Below, piece after piece: positions 11,601 to 24,900 of a stretch of 64,000 nucleotides of DNA; the first letter of the stretch is position 1, and every line of letters begins with the position of its first letter. Position numbers and translations under genes: made by a program. The notes under the pieces were generated by a model. It had not been told where the DNA came from and ran no database searches. It saw only the letters and a program-made list of their open reading frames with translations. Source of the stretch: Camelus ferus (Eukaryota); contig NC_045697.1 in the NCBI RefSeq assembly GCF_009834535.1, positions 25,670,001 to 25,734,000 on the forward strand, given 5' to 3'.

Positions 11601-14565
11601 CTGATCAGACCCTACACTTCCTCCTTTTCTTACTAGAAACTCTTCTTGATTTAAATTGTTCTGAAGAGGATGGATCTTTAAAGATATCCAAGTTGGTCTC
11701 TGGGCCACACATAAAAATGAAGTTGAATTGTAACTAAGTACAGGGCCCATGTGTATTACTTGGAAAACAAAAACAAAAACAAAAACAAAAACTGTTTCCA
11801 TCAGTAACTCAATACCCACTCACCAGAGATACAGAGCAAGGGAGTGAACCCACAGCTGGGTGTACATGTCTTTACTTCCTCACCTGTAACACTCCATTCC
11901 TGCCAATGAACAAAGAAGGTAAATTTGACTCAGATGGGTACACAATCTATTGGTTTGTACAAGACCAACGAGCCATAAATTCCACTGTAACTCCTCACCA
12001 TCCCATAGTCTCTAATCCAGTCACTGCACTTACCTCTATCCCTGCTGATGCAGCCTGCTTTACAGTAACTGACGTCTTCTCAGCTTTCTTTTCAATCCCA
12101 TTGCATCTTGACTCTCAATTTCTCTTTGCATTTACACATAGAGGGAGACAGTTAACATGGATGTGCCTACCTGAGGGATGTTATGAGTCTCTCTCAATAT
12201 TTTCCCAAGTCCTTAAAACTGACTTACATTCTGCAGTTTTTCCCCAAGGCTCCACTCTAGTTCGTATGTTAATGACGTTTTACTCTGTAACTGAACTAAG
12301 CTGGGTGCCAATATAGCTGAAGGCGCTGGCTGAACAAAGCCATAAAGTCTCCCAATCCAAACTTGAATGGGTACAAAGAACTGTTATAACCTAGAACAGG
12401 AGATATCTCAGGGCATTTGAAAGCTCACCCCAAAGTGCTTTGAGTCAATTCTGTGCATTCCTCTCTCTGAAACGGAAAAACAGTTACATAAATTTCTCCA
12501 GGCAGCTAGCTGTTGCTGCCAATGGATGACTAATTTTGCTGCCCTTGCTAAACCTCTGTAAGTCATCCTCCCAGATAACACTTCGGAGTCCATTTCCTGA
12601 CCTTCAAAGGCATTAATCTCCTTTGAAGCTTTAAAATTAACATGGCCCACACCCCCAGCTCTCAGCTCTCCCAATTTTGACAAACCTTTTCATCTATGCT
12701 GCCGCACACATAATGGGATTGCTGCAGGTGTTCTAGGACAAGCTTTTGCCTCTCGGACACGTCCTATAGCATATTTCTCATGCCAGTTAGACCCTGTGGC
12801 ATCAGGTGTGCCCTCAAGCTTGTGTGCAGTAGCCACAGCTGCCACCTAAATTGACAAAGCCAGTGCTCTTACATTAGGCTCCCCCATTCACCTTTATGTT
12901 CCCTGTGCTATGTCTGCCCTCTTACTAGTTCATAAGACACAGGACCCATCTACATGGTGACAGATCACCTATGAACATGTCGACTGAAAGAAAAAAGCAC
13001 AATGGAAAAGCTGTGAGTTCAGTTTTTTGGGAGAAAACTACTGAGGACTATAGACTGGGAGACAGCCTCTCAGATAGCTCTGAGGACCTGATCCAGAGAG
13101 GTAAGGAAGGAGCCGGGATATAGATGATTTTTCTTCCAGCTGGGAAAAAATAAATGTAGTCCAACATAGAAAGATCACTGGTAATCACAAAGAACAAACA
13201 TTTCAAGTTAATGATTTCAGTGCTTTTTTATTTGTGGGAAGGTGCACCCCTTTTGACTAACCCTTCCATCATCTTACATCACAATAACACTTCAAACCCA
13301 GCTACTTTACCCCCCCTTCCTGATGATGGAGAGCCCCACTCTGTTCCACGTGATTACCTTGCAACTAGAGAAATGGTCACAAAGCCACAAAAGAACCTCC
13401 TAGGTACCCCCTTAGACAACCAAGACTTACTTCTATTTTGTGATGATTCCTTTAAACAGAATTTTCAGGGAAACTTAATACTGTCTTATGCCATAGTTTC
13501 CCCACATGAAAGCCTTGAAATATACTCTATCCTCTGTAAAATCAGCCCAAGCCATTGAACTCATAGCTCTTACTACATCTTATACATAAACAAAGGGGAA
13601 GATTGTTACTATTTACACTGACTGTAGATGTGCTTTTGGAGTCTGCCTTACTGTTGGCACGATTTAAAAATTGTGTACATTCTTCACCTCTGCTGGCACT
13701 CCTCTTGCTAAAGGGCACATCATTGCTGCTGTATTACAAGCTAATCACCTCCCTTCTAATATTGTCACTCTTCACTGCTTAGCCTATAGTAAGGAAATGC
13801 TACATCTTTAAGAAATGATAGGGTTAACAGGGCTGCTGAATATGAAGCCCCAAATGGACCCTCTATCTTTTCTCCACCCAATTTTTAAACCTGCCTTTAT
13901 CCCTGACTGATAGTTATTAACTATTAGGAAAATGCACCACAATCTGAAAAAGACAAATTGATACTAAAAGGTGCCAAACAGTTATCAGATGGATTACACA
14001 TTGGTCCAAATGGAGGGCTATTACAGTAGCCCTCTTTTTCTTTTTTTTTTTTTCTTTTTTGACCTTTTGGCTAGCACTTATCTCCTATTCAGTGCAACAT
14101 GGGGGATAATTAAGGAACTAAAAGACAATTGGTTCTGCTCTAGCATCCACAAAATTTCTGAACAAATTATTTCCCAGTACATCACTTGTAAATCTCACCA
14201 AATTTCTGAGAAATCAATATACCCCATGAAGTCCTGCAAGGCCCACACTGCACTTTGCAGAACTCCAAATAGATTTTGTAGACTTTGCTTCAGCTTTAGA
14301 CTATTCTCACTGTGTGGGTATTGTCTGCATATTTAGTGGATGGACTGAATGATATCCAACTATACATGCTGATGTCACAACAGGGGTGAAAAAAAGTTAA
14401 TAACTGCATATATCTCACCAGGGAATATTACCAAGGAACTCATTTTACAGCAGAAATAAACTTGCTTACAATAATTTGAGGGTACTTAGTAAAATTCCAT
14501 ATCCCATACCATCCTCAATCATCAGGACAAGTGGAATGTAGAAATGTAGACATGGAAAAAAATCC
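11600..14565 (+). pseudogene. pol: Degraded class I (gamma-like) ERV pol: RT, RNase H, integrase
   Basis: Motifs across frameshifts. RT: LWATHKNEV, QYPL, CNTPFLP, YWFVQDQRAIN, DVFSAFFSIPL..SQFLFAFT, QLTWMCLPEG, YVND at 12265-12276 (decayed YVDD). Connection: NPATLP. RNase H: LFCDDS, KSAQAIELIAL, IYTDCRCAFG. Integrase: LQIDFVD, VCIFSGWTE, QGTHFTAEI, PYHPQSSGQVE. Many stops and frameshifts. Confidence 0.95.
12978..13246 (-). mobile_element. Truncated LTR of a second ERV family nested in pol
   Basis: Non-pol block starting TGTCGACTGAAAG...GAGGACTATAGACTGGGAGACAGCCTCTCAGATAGCTCTGAGG...AAGTTAATGATTTCAGTGCTTTT; the pol reading (TYE../..LLTNPS) resumes on the other side. Confidence 0.8.
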
Positions 14566-14851
14566 GGACAAATGACCTTAAAATAAGGATTTCCAGAGCC
14601 AGTGTTCACACTACAGAAGCAGATAGCTTCACGCAGTAAGCAACTTTTCCCAAGAGCACGGATCAAGAAACTTTGCTTTCATCTGTTCCAACCCCTCTTT
14701 TTAAGAATCCCTACACACACACACACACACCCAAAAACAAACAAAAATCCTTTTCTTATTAAACACTTACTTTCTTCTAAATTTATTGATTACTTATTAG
14801 AAAGTTCACTGGAGTTTCTTGTTTCAATCAGTCCTACCCCACTTCTGAGTT

Positions 14852-15430
14852 ATGACTATGGACTCTCTTTCAACCTGTGTCTTGCCCTTAGTAACCTTTA
14901 CTTTTTCAATAGGTCAGGCACAAACCAAACACCCCTTTGTGCCAGTTTGCCAAACCTTGGCCATGTTAACTAATCAGTCTGGCTGTTGGTTATGCCAACT
15001 TATGGATAGTGCAAAAGAACCTGAGCTAGTTCAGTCCTGCCAATCTGAACACCTGCTGGGGTAAGTACAGAAGAGAGAGAAACAACCGGCATGGTATCCA
15101 TGATTGAAGAAACATCACTCTGACTCTTTTTTCTTCTGGTGAGTTATTTGGATCAACAAAATTTCTACAGAAGCGCAAGGGCTGTCCTCTGAGCAGATAG
15201 ATGATAGGGGAAAATGTTCCCCTTTATATTAAACCCACTGGGCCTTTCCTGGGTGACATACCAGGTAAACCTGCTATCAAACCCTATGGTTTGATTCCAC
15301 AGAGGCATCTTCAAACCTATCAAGGAAATTAAAAGCGACCCTAGCACTACCCTCTACGGCACAGATGTTTGCCAAATCACCAATTGTTTTGAATGGTTCT
15401 TAAGTTGCCCCTTCTCTTATTGACCAAACC
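14852..15430 (+). pseudogene. env: ERV env 5' remnant (signal peptide and SU N-terminus)
   Basis: ORF 14852-15064 has a hydrophobic leader (TCVLPLVTFTFSIGQA) followed by TNQSGCWLCQL, the CWLC CxxC motif of gamma-type Env; lies downstream of integrase. 3' boundary approximate. Confidence 0.75.
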
Positions 15431-15519
15431 TCATGCCCCTTCCTAAATTAATAAAAAATAATTCATCCTGAGTTCCACATTCATCACTGCATCATCAATC
15501 TCAAATTACATTTATATGC

Positions 15520-15850
15520 ATTACTAAAAAATGTGTATAGTATAGAATACCTATATGGAGACTATTAAATATATATACGCATATACATATCTTAAATGTT
15601 TCAATTTCATTAAAATGTCCTATTCTTAATGATCATTTCTTTTTTGCTTAATATTTTATCCCTAACAGTCATCCATGTTATTGCATGTCATTTTGATACA
15701 GTCATTTTAACAGTTATATAGTAATAGTTATTGTGAGATTGCATCATTATTTAATCTATTCTCCTTTCCATGAGCATTTGTGTTGTTGTTGATAATTTTC
15801 AAAGTGTTTGCTATATTAAATGTGGCTGCAATGAATCTAGCTACATAGAT
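15520..15850 (-). mobile_element. Old L1 (L1M-type) 3' fragment
   Basis: CATCCATGTTATTGCATGT...TTTAATCTATTCTCCT...GCTATATTAAATGTGGCTGCAATGAA is the reverse of the L1 ORF2 end/3' UTR. Confidence 0.6.
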
Positions 15851-16252
15851 TTGTGAGTTCTTTACTAAATTAAAAATTTTAAAGAGCAAGAATGCAAACT
15901 ATAACTCCTTTAGTATCAAATCAGATGTTTGAAGAGAACAGTCAATATATTTCTGGAAGTATCATGTTGGACCAAAAGAAGTCAGATTAAATTCTCAAAC
16001 AGTGGCAATTAATTGAAACTGACCATACATGCAATAAAAGAAAATATAGTTTAATTGAATAACACAACATCTAAACCCTTCCAGTTCTTTATAATTTGCA
16101 TCTGACATCTATCTCAGAAGCACTTTGGGAAGAAGGCACAGGTTTTATCTATTCTTCTGTCACTAGTTGCTGACAGTATTTTATCTAAAACATAGCAAGT
16201 AAATCTTGAATAAAGAATAATTGAGTGAATAAATGGCTCAGTCAACTAATAT

Positions 16253-16851
16253 TGAAACAGAGTAGGACTCTGTGGATCCCTCCCAAGTGAAAAAGCCTTT
16301 CAGTGCCCCCCATTTCTTATTTGAAAGAAAATGACTTTCAGCCTCCTGGACCTGCCCTGAGGGCAGATTCAAGGGAAGTAAGAGAATACAGAAACAAAGG
16401 CAGTCAAGAAACAATAGTGCAGAGATGGGGCAGGGTCCTGGTTCCTCCTAAAGGGATACACATAACAATCTGATACATATCTATGAGTTCTTCTACAGGA
16501 ACAAAGGCCCCCACCCTAGCAGAGGTTGGGAACTTCAGACTGAGCTCAAGCACATGGACCCCAGAGTGGTTGGACTCAGAAGGCTGATGACTAAGATTCC
16601 TGGAACACCACCCTGTTACCTACCACTAACCAATCAGAGTAGCTTACACACCCCATAACCTCTGCCCCCTCCAAATTTTGCCTATAAAAATGCTTCCCTG
16701 AAACCCACTGGGGAATTCAGGCTTTTTGACCATGAGCCACCCATTCTCCTTGCTTGGCCCTTGCAGTAAACCTTTCTCTGCTCCAAACTCTGATGTTTCA
16801 GTTTGCTTGTCCTCACTGTGTGTCAGGTACATGAACTCAGGTTTGACAATA
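16253..16851 (+). mobile_element. Solo LTR (ERV1-type), about 600 bp
   Basis: Starts TGAAACAG and ends ...GGTTTGACAATA; CCAAT at 16630-16634, TATAAAA at 16683-16689, AGTAAA poly(A)-like signal at 16765-16770; possible 4-bp TSD ATAT/ATAC. Confidence 0.85.
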
Positions 16852-18849
16852 ATACATCTTTTCAAACAGAAAGATAACTATCTTTACCACACCACGCTAT
16901 TAGAGCCTTGTTTGTTAGTAGTTAACAAGTTTAAAATTAAGATTCAAATATAAAGTCATCATTTGAAATTGGTATTTGTTTTATTGTCAGACAGCTCTGT
17001 ACAGTTTTCTTCACAATTAACTATTAAGAAAATTATTTAATTCTTGGTTATAATTATTCATATGCACTTATTTATATACAGAATACATACTCCTACTTTT
17101 GAGAAATCTAGAACATTTTCACATATTCAATTTTTCATAGAATAAAGATGCTATCATAGTAATCTCAAATTAAAAGTTAGACTGGAGTATTTTTTCCAAA
17201 ATGTTTTTTCCATGTACAAATCATGTTATATAACTCTTTGAAAAACAGTATCTACTCTTGTAAAAATCTTATAATCTAAATTATATTATTGTTTTTAAAT
17301 TTAAATGTATATTACAAACTAAGTTTAAAAAATGCCTGTGTAAATTATCTGGCAGTTTCTGTCTATGAAATTAAAAAGAACACTTTGCAAAAGAAAATAA
17401 ATTCAGAGGAGGCAATGTTGTTCTTGACCTACCGTAAGTATAACAGTATATTTAAAAATATGAAATACGATCACCTAAAAAGTAAAATGAATCACAAATA
17501 AAATGTCTGATATTAAAACTAGAGATGGTTACATACAGAATACATGGGAAGAAAATACAAAAATACAGTAGAATTAGGAAAAGCTATCATAATTTCCTAT
17601 AAATAGCAATTTCTGTTTTGGATTTAAGAATATGATTGCCTTAATTTTATCTTAATGCTCCCAATGTCACATCATTAAGTACATCTCATACACAGTTGTA
17701 ATGCAGTAAAGATCCTATGATAAATATTTTTGAATATTTAGGACAAACTTCAAAGTATTAAAAAATCTACATGTCATTTGATTAAAAGATTGTGTTAATG
17801 ATAACAGATTAATCTAAGGCAGGGTATTTTCAAGGAGATTGAGTAAATCTCACTTATACCAGTGGCAAAATTAATAGGATAAGTCATTCATAGCTAATTC
17901 CTCAGTTTTATCATTTACTCTTGCCCACACAAAATTCGATTTAATCTGTCCCTCTTCAACACCTGCTCCGTACCACACATTGTGGTTGGTTGGAATGAAA
18001 AAATAATGGCACATTCCAATTCTATTCAGAGAAAATTAATGTTACCATGTTTGTAAATTATTTTAAAATACTTTCTATATGGAAGCTGTGATATTGTATG
18101 TAGATGTTGGGTCGGTTAATCTGTGCTCCAGGGACAGTCAGTTCCTTATCAGTCAATCGCACTTCAAGGGTAGTTCGCTATCATTTAATCAGAAAGCCAC
18201 TCTGGAGTCAACTTCCACAACTTCAGCTCTTCTTATCTTGAACAATGCCAGAAACATTAATTAGCAAAATAAGCATTAAAAATGGGTTTTCATTAGTAAA
18301 ATTAGAAGCTTGTTTATGAGCAGACTGGATGTTTAATAAGACTCTCCTTGGTGAAATATATATATATATTCTAAAGTGGGTGGGTTACAAATATTAGAGA
18401 TTTTTCCTAACTAAATGTAAAATTTATCAGATTCTTCATCTTATACTTAAAACAGCAGACCTACACACATATATGCCTATAACTGCAGGTGCTTTGTTCC
18501 ATCACTGGTTCTGAAGATTCCTGGTTGATTTAGAATCAATCTAGTCTTTTAGATGATTAGATAAATGTTCTATTAGGATATTACTGCATTTGCTTATGAG
18601 AACCTTTTCATGCAAGGTGGATTTATAGCACCTAAAAAAGCTAAAATACGAATTTCTTTGAGCTCACAGAACAAGCTGTATTACTGTTTAATGTCTGCTT
18701 GCTAAGAAGTGTATGTCTGAGCAGTCAAATTTGGTTTAGAACTTTCATTATGATCAGGTAATGAGCTTTTGGAAGAATTTCTAATCCTCACCTACCACTA
18801 ATCATAGACTTCCACCATTACAAATTGCCAAATGAGAAAACAAAAATGA

Positions 18850-19244
18850 TGTAACGATAACTTTTATGTTCTTTATTCAAGAGAAAACAAAACAATGGAT
18901 TGGAGGAGTACAATGTGTCGCAAGCAGTCATGCGCTCTTTACAAGGGATTTTGGGCAAAATGAGTTTTATAGAGCTTTAGAGGAAGCAACATGGAAACAG
19001 GAGGTGATTGGCTAAGAGGTGGGGGATTTTCTTATAGGACTAACAGGTCTTATACCAGGGTAAGGTGTGCTAGCTAAAGTTGAGCTGGAAGATTGTGATT
19101 GGTGTACGTTAAGATTTCCTTGACAAGTATTTCCCATAAGTTGAAGCTGACTTTAGATTAAAGCTGACTTAGATTTGTGATGTGGGTCAGACCAAAGTGG
19201 CATCCTCCGTTCTGTAGATTCCAATATATAAATTAACTTTATCA
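18850..19244 (-). mobile_element. Solo LTR, minus strand
   Basis: On the minus strand: TGATAAAG start (19244), two CCAAT boxes (about 19100 and 19010), TATAAAA (18971-18965), AATAAA (18877-18872), ...TTACA end (18850). No clear TSD. Confidence 0.7.
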
Positions 19245-20088
19245 CTACCAAACAAACAATAAATAATGGAGCCCTGTCAAACCTGCTCTTAGTTTTTCTA
19301 ATATTACAGACCTATCTAGATAATATAAAATCGCCTTGAAATGGATATCACAGAAGCAAATAGCCATTTAGTCAATATCTGATATGCAGGGTCTGTTTAA
19401 TGCTGTGATCTCACAGATTCTGTTAGTTATTAAGTAAATGGACACAATGATAGTGTTATTTGATGTTACTTAATTCTTCATTCATTCATTCCACTAGAAA
19501 CTCTGAGCATTTTCCACCAGAGTTTCAGTTTACCATGGAAATGAGTTTATATAACGGATTTTTTCTCCTGAATCTTTATATGCATGGCAAGAAACAGAAT
19601 AGACCAACTATTATAGTATCAGAGCATTCTTCTACCTAAGAAGCTGTTGATTCACTTCCAGTTGTGGGGGGGGGGGAGTGGTTACTCTAATCCCTGGTAC
19701 TCAGACACATTAAATGGTCTGTATTTCCTAGTTTACAAGAAACAACTAGATTTGGATGCCAACTTAACGTATTCAACAGAGTGAGAAGGAAACATTTCCT
19801 CTCTTGTGAACCTGCTTGGCTTTGTCTTCAAAGGGAGCATATAATTATTGCAAGATCAAGAATAATTCAGAAAAGCTTAAAAATTGAATCTTAGGCAATG
19901 GATTAGGATAACACAGTAAAAGGGGCAATTAAAATCCAGTATTGGCGAATAAATAATGATCTGCTAAAAGTGCTAAAGGCATCCTAAATATAAGATGGAG
20001 AAAAACAGCACTTTTTTAAAAAATTTGAAAACATTCAGTTTACAATTTATTTTATAAATAATCACAGATATTCAAATAAAAACATTCC

Positions 20089-21140
20089 TTTTTATTGAAG
20101 TATAGCTGATTTTTAATGTTGTGTTGGTTTCAGGTGTATAGCAAAGTGATGCAGTTATATATATACATATATATATATATTCTTTTTCAGATTCTTTTCC
20201 ATTATAGATTATTATAAGATATTGAATTCCTGGGCTACACAGTTCCCTGTGCTATACAGTAGGTCATTGTTGGTAATCCTTTTTATATATATGTTAATCC
20301 CAAACTCCTAATTTATCCCTCCCTACCCCTTCCCCTTTGGTAATCATCAGTTTGTTTTCTATGTCTGTGAGTTACTTCTATTTCTACAAATTGTCTATTA
20401 TTATAAAGTTTATTTGTATCATTTTTTAGATTCCATATATAAGTGATATTATGATGTTTGTCTTTCTTTGTCTGACTTACTTCATTTAGTATGATAATCT
20501 CTAGGTCCATCCATGTTGCTGCAAATGGCATTATTTCATTCTTTTTTATGGATAAGTAGCATTCCATTGCATACATATACCACATCTTTATCCACTCATC
20601 TGTCAATGGACATTTGTTTCCACGTCTTGGTTATTGTAAATAGTGCTGCTGTCAACATTGGGGTGCATGTATCTTTTCAAATTAGAGTTCCCTCCGGATA
20701 TATGCCCAGGAGTTGGATTGCTAGATCATATGGTAAGTCTATTTTTAGTAAGGAACTTCCATACTGTTATCCATAATGGCTGCACCAAATTACCTTCCCA
20801 CCAACAGTGTAGGAAGGTTCCTTTTCCTCCATATCTATTACTTGTAGACTTTTTGATGATGGCTATTCTGGCCTATGTGTGGTGATACCTCATTGTAACT
20901 TTGGTTTGCATTTCTCTAATAATTAGTAATGTTTGCCTGTTGGCCATCTGCATGTCTTCTTTGGAGAAATATCTATTTAGATCCATTTTTAATTGGGTTG
21001 TTTGTTTTTGTTTGATATTGAGCTGTATGAGCTATTTGTATATTTTGGAAATTAATCCCTTGTTGGTTGCATTGTTTGCAAATATTTTCTCCCATTCTGT
21101 AGGTTGTCTTCTCATTTTGTTTATGATTTCCTCTGCTGTG
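20089..21140 (-). mobile_element. 5'-truncated L1 (ORF2 C-terminus and 3' UTR)
   Basis: Minus ORFs read TDEWIKMWYMYAMECYLSIKKNEIMPFAATWMDLEIIILNEVSQ and [31 protein letters not shown]-tract at the left end. Confidence 0.95.
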
Positions 21141-21174
21141 AGGCACATTTTATGTATACAAATGAAATAAGAGA

Positions 21175-21309
21175 GGGAAGGAGGGTATAGCTCAGTGGTA
21201 AAGCACATACTTAGCATGCATGTGGTCCTGGGTTCAATTCCCAGTACTCCACAGGGAAAAAATAAACACACATAGTTACCCCCCCCCAAAATAAATAAGT
21301 AAATAAAAG
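21175..21309 (+). mobile_element. tRNA-derived SINE (camelid Vic-1-like)
   Basis: A box TAGCTCAGTGG, B box GGTTCAATTCC, A-rich tail; TSD ATAAGAGA at 21167-21174 and 21316-21323 (extends imperfectly to about 14 bp). Confidence 0.9.
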
Positions 21310-21994
21310 AAAGACATAAGAGAATGTTGATTTTTAGGAAACAAATGAAGAAAAAAATTTTAAAACAGTTATTTTTACCTCTTCCCCATATATCTAATCT
21401 CTGGTTTAAAAATACAGAGTAAAAGGTTTTGCTTTAAATACTAGAAACAAAAATAATAATGATTAAACACAGGTTGTACATTTTAAGTAGAAACTTTTAA
21501 TGTCACCAGATAGTGAAAGGCTTCTCAAAAGATCTAAAGTATTGCCTAATGATAAAAGCATACTCGGGAGAATTAAACATACGCATATCGACTGAACTCC
21601 ATGAGAGTTATCATATGGAATTAAGATAATTATCTTGTAAACTCATTATACATTTCTAATTATTTTGACAAATTCTGGGAGTGTTAAACCAATATCAAAA
21701 GACACAGGATGTGGAGAAATCTTCATAAATAGAAATGACTGATTAATTAAAAATGTTGAAATAAAAATAGAAATGATATGCATATAATGAAAAATGAGGA
21801 AATATCAGATCATTTAAAAGGTAAAAATGGTGCTTAAAAGAACACATTTCTACAGTTTATGTATGCACTTAGCATAAAGAAAATGTATGAGAAACAGTAT
21901 CATTGTCCTAACAATGGCTACATTAGCAATTTAATGATTGAACATATCTCAATTATCTCATTTAATTTTCATATCAACACTATGAAGCTGCTCA

Positions 21995-24900
21995 TTACAA
22001 AATGATCATCACGAGGAATCTATTTACCATCTTCTCCATACAAAATTATTATATTATTAACTATATTCCCTGAACTGGGATGTACATTACATCCCAATAA
22101 CATTTATTTTATAATTGGAAGTTTGTACCACTTAATCTTCTTCACCTATTTCACTCATCCCCCCATCATCCTCTCCTCTGGCAACCAATACTTTGTTCTT
22201 CTGTATATATAATTCTGTTTCATTATGTCTGTTCTTTCGTTTTGTTTTTTAGATTCTACATATAAGTGAAATCATATAGTATTTGTCTTTCTCTGACTTA
22301 TTTCACTTAGCATAATACCCTATAGGTCCATCCATGTTATAGCAAATGGCAAGATTTCGTTCTTTTCTTATGACTAATAGTCCATTGTGTGTATACATAC
22401 CACATCTTCTTTAGATTTTCAGCTATTAATGGGACCTTACCTGCTTCCATATCTTAGCTATTGTAAATAATGTTGCAATGAACACAGGGGTGCCATGTCT
22501 TATTGAATTAGTGTTTTTGTTTTCTTCATAAAAATATATGGTGGTTTGATTTTTTTTTTTTTTCACTTAATTTTCTGAGGAACTTCTGTACTCTGAAACA
22601 ATTTACATTCCCACTGACACTGTGCTAGAGTTCTCATTCTCCAAGTTCTGGCCAGCACTTGTTATTTGTTGTCTTCTTGATGACAGCCATTTTCACAAGC
22701 ATAAGGTGATATCTCATTGTGGTTTTGATTTGCGTTTCCCTGATAATTGGTGATGTTAAGCATTTTTTCATGTTTATATGTCTTCTTTGGAAAAAAAAAA
22801 AGTCTATTCAAGTCCTCTGTCAGTTTTCTAACCACTTATTTTTTTAATATTGAGTTGTATGAGTTCTTCATATATTTTGGCTATTAAGCCCTCATCAGAT
22901 ATATCATTTGAAAATATCTTCTCCTATTCACTAGGCAGCCTTTTCCTTTGCTGATAGCTTCCTTTGCTGTGCAAAAGCTTTTTAGTTTGAAGTAGTTCAA
23001 TTTGTTTATCTTTGCTTTTGTTTCCCTTGCCTGAGGAGACAGGTGCAAAAAAAATAATTTTGCTAAGACCAATGTCAAAGAGCATCCTGCTTATTTTCTA
23101 TGTTTTCTTCCAGGAGATTTATGGTTTCTGGTCTTACATTTAAGTATCTAAATCATTTTTAGTTTATTTTTGTATATGGCATGAGAAAGTAGTCCAGTTT
23201 GATTCATTTTTCAGGTAGCTGTCCAGTTTTCCCAACATCTTTTATTGAAAATGCTCTTTTCCCCCCATTGTAATTTTTGGCATCATTTGTCATTTGATAA
23301 TTGACCATGTAAGCATGACTTTATTTCTGGGCTGTATTCTGTTCCATTGGTCTATGTGTCTGTTTTTGTGCCAGTACTATACTGTTCTGATTACTGTAGC
23401 TTTGTAGTGTAATTTGAAATCAAGGGCATGATACCTACAGCTTTGTTTTTTCTTAAGACTGATTGGTTATTTGGGGTCTTTTATGTGTCCATATAAGTTT
23501 TAGAATTATTTGTTCTTGTTCTGTGAACAATATTATTGGTATTTTGATAAGGATTTCATTGAATCTGTAGATTGTCTTGGGTAGTATGGTTATTTTAACA
23601 ATGTAAATGATTTCAATTCTTGAGCATGGTATATCTTTCCATCTGTGTTGTTGTCTTCAGTTTCATTCAATGTCTTTTAGTTTTCTGGGTATAGATTTTT
23701 TCCCTCTTTGGTTAGATTTATTTAGGTATTTTTTTATTTACCCTTGGATTTGTTTGCTGACCCTTTTGTGGCTTAGTAACATGTTGTTTAGCCTCTACGT
23801 GTTTGTGTTTTTTGTAATTTCTTGTAGTTGATTTCTAGTCTTATAGAATTATGTTTGGAAAGTTGTTTGACACCACTTCAATCTTAAATTTACTGAGACT
23901 TCTTTTGTGACCTAGCATGTGATCTATCCTGGAGAATGTTCCATGTATAATTGAAAAGAATGTGTATTCTGTTTTGTCTGAAATGTTCTATACATACCTA
24001 TTAAGTTCTACTGGTCTAAAATGTCACATAAGATCAGTGTTTCCTTATTGATCTTCTGTCTGGATGATCTGTCCATTGATGTAAGTGGGGTGCTAAAGTC
24101 TTAGTCTTCTTGTGTTATTGTCAATTTCACCACTTATGTCTGTTAATATTTGCTTTATGTATTTATGTGCTACTATGTTAGGTGTATATACATTTACAAC
24201 TGTTATATATTCTTCTTGGATTGATCCATTGGTCAGTATGTAGTGTCTTTTTTTTGTCTCTTGTAACAGTATTTATTTTAAAGTTTATTTTGTCTGGTAT
24301 AAGTATTACTACCCTTGCTTTCTTTTGATTTCCATTTTCATGGAATACCTTTTCCATACCTTAGCTTTCAGTATGGGTGTGTCTTCAGATCTGAAGTGAG
24401 TCTCTTGCAGGATGAATATATATCATTTTTGTTCCTTTGTTCTTTTTCTCTCTTCTCTTGTGATTTGATGATTATCTTTGGTGTTATGTTTGGATCCCTT
24501 TCTCTCCATTGTGTGTGTACTTATTATGAATTTTATGTTTTATATTATATATGATTAGTTTAAATTGATAATCTCTTGGGTCCAAACACATACTAACAAC
24601 CCACTTTTTCCTTCTGCTCCCTACTGTTAAATGTTTTTACAATATAATTTTACTATTTTTTTGGTTTTGTGTACTTCTTAACTATTTGCTGTTGTGTATA
24701 TGAATGATCTTACAACTTTTATCTTTTAACCTTCTTTTAGCTTTGTAAGTGATCTATTACCTTTACTGTGTGTTTACCTTTATCAATGAGATTTTCCCTG
24801 TCAAATTTTCATATTTGTGTTGTGATCTTGTCTTTTCCATTTAGAAGTCTCTTAAATATTTCTTGTAAATCCAGTTTGGCAATTCTGAGTTCTTTTCGTT

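Noticed and set aside
14852..15064. Domesticated syncytin-like env
   Set aside because: Only 70 codons are open; no furin site, immunosuppressive domain or TM region is visible downstream.
19666..19676. G11 run as a G-quadruplex element
   Set aside because: A single homopolymer run without supporting context; simple repeat.
21175..21250. tRNA gene
   Set aside because: It has A/B boxes but continues into a SINE body, A-rich tail and TSD; a retroposed SINE.
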